A stretch of 63,985 nt of DNA, counting the filler, from Barthelona sp. PAP020 (Eukaryota): NCBI GenBank assembly GCA_040182905.1. It is 4 parts of 4 records of this genome, joined end to end, with 100 filler letters (N's around TTAATTAATTAA, not from the genome) between each part and the next. Parts side by side here need not be neighbours in the genome. Positions count along the whole stretch, not along the records: positions 1 to 17,229 come from JARQWU010000246.1; 3 more parts are not named here. One strand, 5' to 3'. A model generated the notes under the pieces. That model ran no database searches. It was not told the origin of the DNA and worked only from the letters and a program-made list of their open reading frames with translations. The translations under genes were made by a program, and so were the position numbers. Below are positions 1-9,038 of the stretch, one piece after another; within the stretch, counting starts at the first letter, position 1; the number at the start of each line of letters is the position of its first letter.

Positions 1-4
1 TAAA

Positions 5-175
5 TTTGGGATAAAATTTTGATCCCAGCTCTTTTCCTATTTTGTGCTATCTGACTTTCATTTTAAAGAAAAAATTCATTGTTCAACAGTTCGATCTGGC
101 CTCAAAAGATTTTAACAAATAAACACTATTCTTTCTTATTCAGTCATGCACTCAGCGTCTCATGGCCTGGAAATA
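5..175 (-). repeat. Repeat family R1, copy A (diverged, internally deleted)
   Basis: tttgggataaaattttgatcccagct...ttcaacagttcgatctggcctcaaaagattttaacaaataaacactattctttcttattcagtcat...ggcctggaaata aligns by eye to the reverse complement of 34024-34207; lies ~200 bp 3' of the ankyrin gene. Confidence 0.85.
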
Positions 176-376
176 TCTTACAGCTATTTTCAAAATAGAA
201 ATAACTTCCACAAAACAACCAATCCTGCAATGACCTCTTTCACATCAAACATTTCAATTTCATTCCTTCATGCTGCCTTTTGACATGTAAAAAAAAAAAA
301 TATTTCTTTATCATCAACAAACTAAATAAACAAAAGGTTGAATATCTTCAACCAACAAATAACACCACTCAGACAT

Positions 377-2266
377 CTAATCATCATCATCATTACTCTC
401 GTCACACTCATCATCTTTTTTATCAATGTACTGACGCATGTTACCACCATTCCTTTCATTGATATCAACCAAGTCCCAACACATGTTAAATGACAGATCA
501 AAATCTCTTTGATTCATGTATACTCCAGCACTCACAAACTGTCTAATTATGGAACTCTTCACATTCATCATGACAAGTGTGGTCAAGAGATAACCTTCAT
601 CCTTTACCAACTCAATTAATTCAGATTGAGACACACGCTCAAAGTTCAAATCAATCGGTTCATCTTTCTCCAACAATTCTTCAGGACAATTTAGAATACA
701 ATATTCATCCATTTCTTCCCACAGCTCAACAGATGTATATAAACCATTAAAAAATAGTAGCATCTCAAAAGAGTCAATCTCAATTTTTGGATGGTTTAAA
801 AGCATTTTGGCAATTTCAATATTAGTTGGGTGACAACTAACTCCGAATGAAGAACATCCATCATCAGCACATAAGTTAACATCAGCTCCACGTTCCAACA
901 ACATTTTCGCAACATCAAAATGACCATACTCACAACTAATCATCAATGGTGATGCACCATTGCCATGACACAAATCTACGACAGCACCACGATCCAATAG
1001 CATTTTGGCAATATCAAAATGACCTTCTTGACAACTAATATACAATGGTGAAGACCCTTCATTATTACGTATGTTAATATCAGCCCCACGATCCAATAGC
1101 ATTTTGGCAACATCAAGATGATTTTCTTGACAACTAATATACAATGGTGAAGATCCTTCATTATTACGTATGTTAATATCAGCCCCATGTTCTAAAAGCA
1201 TTTTGGCAATATCAAGATGCCCTTCTTGACAACTAACATATAATGGGGAAACTCCATTAACGACTCGCAGACTGAGGTCAGCTTTATAATCCAAGAGAAT
1301 TCTAGCAACATTAAAATGACCATTTACACAACTGATAAGCAGTGGAGAAACCCCATTATTCAAACATTTGTTAACAATAGCATTATGTTCCAAAAGCAAT
1401 TTGGTAATATCAAAATTACCAACTTGACAACTGATGAACAATGGAGAAGCATTATCATCCTGACACAAATTTACATCCGCACCACGATCCAATAACATTT
1501 TGGCAATATCAAGATTACCCTTTTGACAACTGATGAACAATGGAGAAGTGCCAATATTAACACAGAAATTAACATCAATACCATAATCCAAGAGCATTTT
1601 AGCAATATCAAAATGACCTTTTTCACAACTAATATATAATGGTGAAGCACCATCATTCAAACATAAATTGAAATCGGCACCATTATCCAAAAGCATTTTG
1701 GCACAGTCAAGATGACCTTTTTCACAGGCAATATATAATGGTGAAGCACCATCACTGATACACAGGTTAACATTTGCAGCATGATCCAAGAGTGTTTTCA
1801 CAGTATCATAATGACCATTTTGACAACTTATCCACAATGCAGTATATCCATTATCATTCTTGTTGCTCATATTAATTTTGGCTCCATATCGCAAAAGAAT
1901 TTTAGTAACATCATGATGACCTTTTTGACAACAAAGAAATAATGGAGAAACACCCTCATCAATATAAAAATTAATGGTGCCACCAAAATCCAACAACAAT
2001 TCAACCATATCTGCATGTCCATTAATAACAGCACCACATAGCGATGTTCTTCCATCCTTACCACGTTTGTTTATGTCAACACCTGATTTAATACATTGTT
2101 TGACAAGTTCCATATTTCCATCATAAGCTGCAAAATATATCTTCTTTGGATAACCATTATCCTCAAATCCATCTATATCAAAGCCATTTGGAATGATGAC
2201 TTGGTCCATATTATGTTTAATAAATGGATCAACATTATTGATTTCAATGGTGTTTTTGGTACTCAT
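377..2266 (-). CDS. Ankyrin-repeat protein (~14 repeats) with unrecognised conserved 82-aa C-terminal domain and acidic tail
   Basis: Repeated G-x-SPLYISC-x-x-GH-x-D-IAKMLL-x-x-GAD units; C-terminus SELIELVK...CWDLVDINERNGGN...DDDD shared with 35118-35366. Confidence 0.95.
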   Translation of the reverse strand: MSTKNTIEINNVDPFIKHNMDQVIIPNGFDIDGFEDNGYPKKIYFAAYDGNMELVKQCIKSGVDINKRGKDGRTSLCGAVINGHADMVELLLDFGGTINFYIDEGVSPLFLCCQKGHHDVTKILLRYGAKINMSNKNDNGYTALWISCQNGHYDTVKTLLDHAANVNLCISDGASPLYIACEKGHLDCAKMLLDNGADFNLCLNDGASPLYISCEKGHFDIAKMLLDYGIDVNFCVNIGTSPLFISCQKGNLDIAKMLLDRGADVNLCQDDNASPLFISCQVGNFDITKLLLEHNAIVNKCLNNGVSPLLISCVNGHFNVARILLDYKADLSLRVVNGVSPLYVSCQEGHLDIAKMLLEHGADINIRNNEGSSPLYISCQENHLDVAKMLLDRGADINIRNNEGSSPLYISCQEGHFDIAKMLLDRGAVVDLCHGNGASPLMISCEYGHFDVAKMLLERGADVNLCADDGCSSFGVSCHPTNIEIAKMLLNHPKIEIDSFEMLLFFNGLYTSVELWEEMDEYCILNCPEELLEKDEPIDLNFERVSQSELIELVKDEGYLLTTLVMMNVKSSIIRQFVSAGVYMNQRDFDLSFNMCWDLVDINERNGGNMRQYIDKKDDECDESNDDDD

Positions 2267-2664
2267 ACTCAGGTAAAAACAAATTGATAAAAGAAAAAAG
2301 TCTCAAAAAGGAAAAAAGTCAAAAAAAATCATCTTCAAATCTTTGGATCATTCTAGTTTCGGTTATTCTGTTCGTAATACGCATAATTTTTGGTTACTTT
2401 AATCAATTCAAGAAAAATAAAATTGATTTCTATTTATTCATCTTTTTAAAATCAATTAAACATGGTTAAAAAACACAATTCAAGTGATCTATAAATATTT
2501 AAACAAATTATATTTGATTGAACGAAATGTAAATTTTTTTGCTTTGAAATATCCACTTAATTCCTATTTTTAATCAAACAATTATAAGGTTGATCAATTC
2601 AAAGGACACAATTTTAATATTTTCGTTTTTCCCAATTTTTTTTTTTTTGATAATTTGTTTTGCA

Positions 2665-5433
2665 ATGGCAACAAGATTATCAATTAACGATTTTCGTGTT
2701 GGAGATTATGACTATGCGACTACCATTGATGAGAGAATATTTTTGATATTAAGTTCTACTCCTGATTCCAAAGAAGACATTGCTGAAATAATTGAAAGAT
2801 TAAGAGTAGGGATTGAAGATGATTTAGATTTTATTCGAGGTGATTTGGAAAATCAAATACGTCAAGGAATGAATGAATTGCCCAAACTCCAAAACAACAT
2901 CACATATCAATATCGACATGTAATTGATTATATGAATAATATTAAACATGATGTTAGTTCTATGAATGAATTGCTTCTTGAAATTGATAACACTGTGGTT
3001 GCATCTTCGAAAGATGTTAAAAAGCAGGTTCAAAAGATGGATACAGCTAAAAAAGCTGATGAATTAAAGAAGCACTTATTAGAATTGGCCAATGATGATA
3101 TTAGCATTCTTGAAAAATTAACTACAATTGATGAAGTTTCTGCACATAAATTTCTTGTTAAGAGTTTGGAATCGATTAAACAAAACAACTTGGATGTGAT
3201 AGCGCAAGTTCAATTCAATAGTCGTGAGAAAGTGAAGAGACATGCCAGTGAAGTGATTGATGTGGTAGAGGAATTGTTTGAGAATACTTTTGAGAGTTAT
3301 ATATGTGATATTGAGTCTTTAAATGAAAGCGAATTGTCAAAACGTTTGAAACGTCTTGAATATGTTGCTGATTTACATGAAGAATTAAATTTACATGGTG
3401 AAAATAAAAAGAAACAGACTTGGAACATTAAAACAGTGATACAAGAGCATTTCAAACCACTTTATGTTCCGTATCAACCTACTGACTCAAATACCACTGC
3501 TGATAATGGTCTGAAGGGGTATATCCATTCAACGTCTTTACTTTATGATAATCATATGTTACAATATTTCCGCAATTTTGAAAAAATTGTAAAATTGCAT
3601 TGTAGAGTGTTTGAAGCTTGTGTTCGTGATGATATTTTAAATGAACCTCAAAATAGTAACATCTTATTTTTGAATATCTTCAATAGTTGTAATTCAGTAG
3701 TTGATGTTACAAGCAAAGCGTTTTTTGAATTCAGAAAAAAGAATATGAGTTCGTATTTTGTTCAATTAGTTGCTTTTTGCAATAGATTAGAGGATATAGT
3801 GAAGTCTAATGTTGAATTTCCAAATAAAGATGATGATATTCACAAGTTATTAATTTCATTACCGTTTGAACAACAAACATGTCATAATTATAGTGAATTA
3901 CAGAAGAGTACATTTGATTATTGGTTAAAACAAATCTTTGAATATAAACCTAAAGCAAAAGATGAAAAAATTACAACTAAACATTTACCACATTTAAACA
4001 GGTTGGTAGGTTTACCAAATGAAGCTTATCTTCATTTAAATGTTTTATTAAGAAAAAAACGTGGAAAAATGTATCCAAGATTAATAAATTCAATTGATTA
4101 TTTACGACAAGAAAAGATATCGAGCTATTTATTTAATGATGGTATAAATCCAGTGAAACCTCCATATTTTACTGAAATTGATACAAATCATGAATGGTTA
4201 GGATGTAATCGAGGACGTCATCTTCAAAATAGACTTAAAGATAGTGAAAATACAACAGAAATTATTTCTGATGATTTAGAAGAAGAATTATTAAGTGAAA
4301 GCAAATTTGTCTTTGATGATGAGATTTTAGCAACAAAAAGTCTTGTTGCTATCATGCTTTTTGATAGTACTAAGTTAAGATTATTGTCTTATTCTGCTAA
4401 CTACGATGATTTGATTTATATTTTTGAAAAATTTTCATATTATTATTTGGGTTATATCGTCAATACAGTCAATTGTTTTGTTGAAAAAATGCGTAATTTT
4501 AGTGGAAATTTAAAAGATTATCGTTTAACTAATTTGGAAAAAAATATTAAAAGTCAAAAACAATCTCAAATTCAATCTCAAATTCCAATATACTCTATAA
4601 ATGATTTTAATCTAGGATTGTTCTTTCAAACTCTCAAAAGAGCTTTTATTCTATTAGAATTATATCATTTAGCTTATGTCGATACTGTAGAATGGTTAAG
4701 TAAATGTACAAATGAAAATGTACCTCAAAAACGTGCTAGATCATATAGTACAACCTTCACAAGTCCAAGATCAACATCTCCATTGATTGGTAGTTCTAAT
4801 GCTGGTTTTGATCAAGACAATGAATCCAGTAACCTGTTGAAAATTTATCAAACAACTTTGTTCAATGCTTCCCATTCATCTAATCAACAAACTAATAAAT
4901 TAGATGAAGCTTTACAAACATTCTTTGATTTAATCACCAATTACCTGAATTATGTTGGGTTGGTATATGGAGATAGTCAAATGTATTTACGCATAACAAA
5001 TATGTCTGCTTCAAAAGTTGCCAAAAAGTATGTAGAAACAATTTCTATTGTTATTTCAATCGCTTCAACTTATTTGGAACAAGAAATGAAACCAGATTTC
5101 TTTTCTTTTTTAGTTTTTGTCGTTATTCATTCATTTGTCAAATTTATGCTTGATAGAGAAATTTCTTACAGTACAGTGTTGATGATGGATGTTGAATTGA
5201 TTCGTTCTGCTTTCTTTGACACAAAAATTTTGGATGAATTTGATCTTAAAGTTCCAAAACAACAATTGGCATTGTTCAAGGAAATCATTACTGTTTATCA
5301 ATTTGATAATGAGAGATTGAAAAGTTATTTCAATGAACAAAGAAATAGACCAATTTCAGTGTTCTTTTTGAATTATCCAGATGAACTTGATGTGTATCTA
5401 TCCAAATCAAAAGCAGGTAATCCCAATCTATAA
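2665..5433 (+). CDS. Large helical coiled-coil protein, probably a CATCHR tethering subunit (exocyst Sec10-like)
   Basis: Long ORF, first plausible ATG at 2665 (MATRLSINDF); N-terminal coiled coil, all-helical body, C-terminal ...VLMMDVELIRSAF reminiscent of Sec10; family call is by resemblance only. Confidence 0.45.
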   Translation: MATRLSINDFRVGDYDYATTIDERIFLILSSTPDSKEDIAEIIERLRVGIEDDLDFIRGDLENQIRQGMNELPKLQNNITYQYRHVIDYMNNIKHDVSSMNELLLEIDNTVVASSKDVKKQVQKMDTAKKADELKKHLLELANDDISILEKLTTIDEVSAHKFLVKSLESIKQNNLDVIAQVQFNSREKVKRHASEVIDVVEELFENTFESYICDIESLNESELSKRLKRLEYVADLHEELNLHGENKKKQTWNIKTVIQEHFKPLYVPYQPTDSNTTADNGLKGYIHSTSLLYDNHMLQYFRNFEKIVKLHCRVFEACVRDDILNEPQNSNILFLNIFNSCNSVVDVTSKAFFEFRKKNMSSYFVQLVAFCNRLEDIVKSNVEFPNKDDDIHKLLISLPFEQQTCHNYSELQKSTFDYWLKQIFEYKPKAKDEKITTKHLPHLNRLVGLPNEAYLHLNVLLRKKRGKMYPRLINSIDYLRQEKISSYLFNDGINPVKPPYFTEIDTNHEWLGCNRGRHLQNRLKDSENTTEIISDDLEEELLSESKFVFDDEILATKSLVAIMLFDSTKLRLLSYSANYDDLIYIFEKFSYYYLGYIVNTVNCFVEKMRNFSGNLKDYRLTNLEKNIKSQKQSQIQSQIPIYSINDFNLGLFFQTLKRAFILLELYHLAYVDTVEWLSKCTNENVPQKRARSYSTTFTSPRSTSPLIGSSNAGFDQDNESSNLLKIYQTTLFNASHSSNQQTNKLDEALQTFFDLITNYLNYVGLVYGDSQMYLRITNMSASKVAKKYVETISIVISIASTYLEQEMKPDFFSFLVFVVIHSFVKFMLDREISYSTVLMMDVELIRSAFFDTKILDEFDLKVPKQQLALFKEIITVYQFDNERLKSYFNEQRNRPISVFFLNYPDELDVYLSKSKAGNPNL

Positions 5434-5973
5434 AAACTTGTACATAAAAACCACAAAAAGCAAAATACAATAAAGATTTATCTCAATTATTTTTCCTTTG
5501 TCCGAAACGTTTTCAAAAACTTTCCAAACTTGAGAACTGACGCGTCAGGTGATTCTTAAATAATAAACCTTTATCTTTATTCATAAAGGGTGTGTTATTC
5601 TTTTCAAGAACCTCTCAGTCTTAATTCCTTTATTTCATAGGCCGTCCAATGAAAAGAGATGTTCTATAGAGTTGGTAAGTATTTTGCAGGATATTCAAAA
5701 GAGATAGAGGACTCAGGTTTTTTATTGTTTTGAGATTTATTTAAATTGCCCAAGACTTCTTGTACTCAATTTGAAAGTAATCAAAAAATTTGGAACAAAT
5801 AATGGTAAAGTTTCGTGCCCAAAAAGAAAGGAGAAAGAACAGAAGATTTTGACAAGAAACAAACAATCTTTCAAAACTTTCATTTTTCCTTTTTTTTTTT
5901 CATATAAAGAAAAAATTTTACATTTTCTTTATCAATTGAAAAACACTGAAATATTTTTGGCTTCAAAGAATAA

Positions 5974-8355
5974 TTAAATGTTTCTTTGAACTGGAGAGTT
6001 CATTTGTTGAAAATTACCACCGGAAACTTTTCCCTTTGGTTTTCTTAACAATAGCCATGCGACTACTCCAAGAATAGGAACAACAACAAAAGCCAAATAG
6101 ATGGGATTCATTCCAGCAACTTGAGGAAGCTCAGTGTCCAATGAAAAAGTAGACAAATGAGAGGTCAAACAAATTGTAACATTACCTTCTTCACTTAACT
6201 TTGTGACACCATCAATTTGCCATTCCTTATTAGTTTCATTATAATATTGACAAACACCCTTACCATTGATACGAACTTGAATCTTTTCTTGTAAATTCTT
6301 TATTGATAATGTAGCATTGCTTGTAAAAATGGAGATATCTACCATGTGAGTTCTATTGTAAGCAGCAGCAAATTCTTTACTTAATTCAGCAACTTTAACA
6401 CCAACTGACTCATCAGAAAGGCTACTGAAGGCACTTTTGGGAATGGTAACATTACCAGCAGTCACATTTAAATTTTGAGAAACACCTTCAATTTTAAGAG
6501 GGGTAATCTTCATTTCAACTTCTCCTTCAGTAAAACTGGAAGTTTCATTGAAACTTAATGCTTTTAATGAAGTTGTGGCAACTTCTTTCAAAACTTCAAT
6601 AACGTTCTTTGTAACATTAATATTCTGTTCCATTGTGCAGTTCATCACATTAGATCTAAGACGAGATGCAGTCTTGACAATCTTTTTCAATGTGTCAGGA
6701 TCTGAATAGTTACTTGCTTTCTTCATTGAAACCAATAATTCCAAAGACTCTTCAACATTGACACTGATATTATTAAACGTTTGAATAGTGTTTACAAAAG
6801 TGGAAGAACTTTGGGTATCATTAATATTAGCAGAGACAGCAGCCAATTTTTGAACAGCTGTTTTAATTTCAAGAGCTACACCAGTCTTATTGAATGTTCC
6901 TGTTTCATTAGCTTGAATCAAGACTTTTTCAATATATTCATTGATCTTTTGAGAAGCATCAACAATGTTGGATGTGTTGGCATTAGTAACAGCATTCTTG
7001 GCATCTTCAACCATTTTCTGAACTTCTTCTTTGTTATATGAAGGAATACTAATTCCAATACTAAGTTTGGCACTAACCTTTCCAGTTGACGTAACTGCAG
7101 TAACTTGAACAGTTTGATATGACTCTTTACCTGCCCCAATACTTGTGCATCCAGGAAGAATAGTCGTCAAAGTGGGTGTTTTTGTGGTAGAAATAAAACG
7201 TACATCATCACTAACACCACAATCAAATAATACCCAATTATAATATAATGCAGTAGAAGGAGCGTTAACAACAGTGAAAGTGAAATTGGTCTTTAAACTA
7301 ACTCCACTGCCAGGAGATGCATTTAATGTAATGGAAGAAGGAGGTTGACCAACCGTAAATTTTTTGGTTGAAGATAAATATCCAGTTTCAGTCTTACAAT
7401 ATGCAGTATAAGCTAAAGCTTGATAATTTCTACTTGCTGGTTCAGATTGAATGCAAACACTACTTGTCAAAGCGGTTGAAATATTAGAAATAACAACTGA
7501 TTTGGGGAAACTTCCATTGAAACGAATATTTTGACAGGCAACACTACTGGCACAAACAACTACATTCTCAGTTTGTGTAACGATGTCAGAATTAGCAGAA
7601 CGAATGGTTAAGGATGAACTGGCGTTAAGCAAAAAAGTTCTTTTTTCAACTAATTCACCATATTTTAATATTACTGATATGGTAGCCCCAATAGGAATTT
7701 TAGAGCCTTCTACAACAGTAAAATCTAATAAACCGTATAATTTTTCTTGGTCAACTTTTTTCTCAACTTTGAACAAATCAGGATAGTTAAAAATCCAAGT
7801 AACTTCCAATCCAGTACTCACAGTTGAACATTTTCCATCTAAAGTGGCATTAGCAAAAATACTGTTTTTTGCTGAAAGTTTGACAGCCATTGAAGTGATA
7901 TTAGTAATACCATTCAAGGAATGGGCAACTTTTAACTGACATAATAAGGCTTTGTTCTCAATAACTTGTTGAACAAGAGTTCCAACAACTGAATCACCCA
8001 TAATCATTTGACAAGTGACGTTGAAAGGGTAACTGTAAGAATAGGATGTATTCTTCAACACAACAACACTAGTAGGAGTTGATACATATTGATTGGTAAC
8101 ATTTGTTGTGGGAGAAGTCGATTGAAGGACAACATTTTCATTCTGATTCACTTGAGCTGTCCATTTGAAACTAATTTCACCAGGACAATTGATTGAATCA
8201 ACATAAGCAACAGTACGTAAAGTTAAAAGTCCATCGACAAATCTGGCATTGTCTACAATGAGACCATTTGAATACATAACTGCTTTTGGGCTGCATACAC
8301 AATTAATTGTGACAAAAAGGTATGATAAAGCAAAAATAAATGCTACAGCTTTCAT
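5974..8355 (-). CDS. Single-pass surface protein with REJ/PKD-like ectodomain and GAIN/GPS autoproteolysis motif
   Basis: Signal peptide MKAVAFIFALSYLFVTINC; S/T-rich beta ectodomain (ASPGSGVSLKTNFTF); GPS motif CQYYNETNKEWQIDGV...CLTSHLSTFS; one TM helix, short basic tail. Confidence 0.8.
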   Translation of the reverse strand: MKAVAFIFALSYLFVTINCVCSPKAVMYSNGLIVDNARFVDGLLTLRTVAYVDSINCPGEISFKWTAQVNQNENVVLQSTSPTTNVTNQYVSTPTSVVVLKNTSYSYSYPFNVTCQMIMGDSVVGTLVQQVIENKALLCQLKVAHSLNGITNITSMAVKLSAKNSIFANATLDGKCSTVSTGLEVTWIFNYPDLFKVEKKVDQEKLYGLLDFTVVEGSKIPIGATISVILKYGELVEKRTFLLNASSSLTIRSANSDIVTQTENVVVCASSVACQNIRFNGSFPKSVVISNISTALTSSVCIQSEPASRNYQALAYTAYCKTETGYLSSTKKFTVGQPPSSITLNASPGSGVSLKTNFTFTVVNAPSTALYYNWVLFDCGVSDDVRFISTTKTPTLTTILPGCTSIGAGKESYQTVQVTAVTSTGKVSAKLSIGISIPSYNKEEVQKMVEDAKNAVTNANTSNIVDASQKINEYIEKVLIQANETGTFNKTGVALEIKTAVQKLAAVSANINDTQSSSTFVNTIQTFNNISVNVEESLELLVSMKKASNYSDPDTLKKIVKTASRLRSNVMNCTMEQNINVTKNVIEVLKEVATTSLKALSFNETSSFTEGEVEMKITPLKIEGVSQNLNVTAGNVTIPKSAFSSLSDESVGVKVAELSKEFAAAYNRTHMVDISIFTSNATLSIKNLQEKIQVRINGKGVCQYYNETNKEWQIDGVTKLSEEGNVTICLTSHLSTFSLDTELPQVAGMNPIYLAFVVVPILGVVAWLLLRKPKGKVSGGNFQQMNSPVQRNI

Positions 8356-9038
8356 TTCGAAACAAAAAAAAAAACAATGGAAAAAAACCCGCAATCCTTC
8401 CAAACCTATTTTTGGAAAAATATTTCTATTCTTAATTCATGTGGGATATTTTATTTTGATTACCCCTATTTTAGATATTTAAAAATAAAACATCAAATTT
8501 GTTTCTCCCAATGAATGCCACAAAGCAATAGTTCTGCAATTTCAAAATTTCAAAAAAAGCGTTAAAACAAAACAAAAGTTTATTTAAGGTTTATGGTTGC
8601 ACATTAAAAAGTTTTTATCATAAAAATTGAAAGATCGAAAAAAAATTTTCACATTCAAGATTCTTCAAACACATTCATATAATTTCTAAAATCAAATTCT
8701 CTGTTGTTTTAGTTTTATTTATTTGATTTTCTTGTTGTCAATGTAAAAAAAAAAAGAAAATTTTGGAACCTGTTCATTTTTTTTTGCAATACTAAACGTT
8801 AATAATAAACAATCAAAAAGATATCAACAAATTTTATTTAAAAGAAATGACAGCAAGCCCGACACTCTATTACCATTGATTCAAAAAAGAGAAAAGAAAA
8901 AAAATTGCTTCTTCATGTAAAGCCAACCAAAGATTTTCTTTTCTCATTACAAAATGCACATTTACATTGTTTTAAAAGGTTAAAAATCTCTAAAACATCA
9001 ACAAATAGAAAAAGAACAAATAGAATGAGTTTTGAACA

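Noticed and set aside
860..1830. 99-bp periodic repeats as a CRISPR-like or non-coding array
   Set aside because: Fully in-frame ankyrin coding units with no repeat-spacer alternation
976..2064. Alternate-frame ORFs inside the ankyrin genes (also 32146-32670)
   Set aside because: Shadow ORFs produced by the repetitive coding sequence
2590..2664. TTG/GTG-started N-terminal extensions in the ORF track (also 8403, 10844, 43829, 46659, 56951, 60475)
   Set aside because: Eukaryotic genes; extensions run through poly-T/A promoter tracts, and conserved sequence begins at downstream ATGs
5675..5689. 15-nt GTAAGT...GCAG micro-intron
   Set aside because: No credible flanking exons and no CTAAC branch point, unlike the three supported introns
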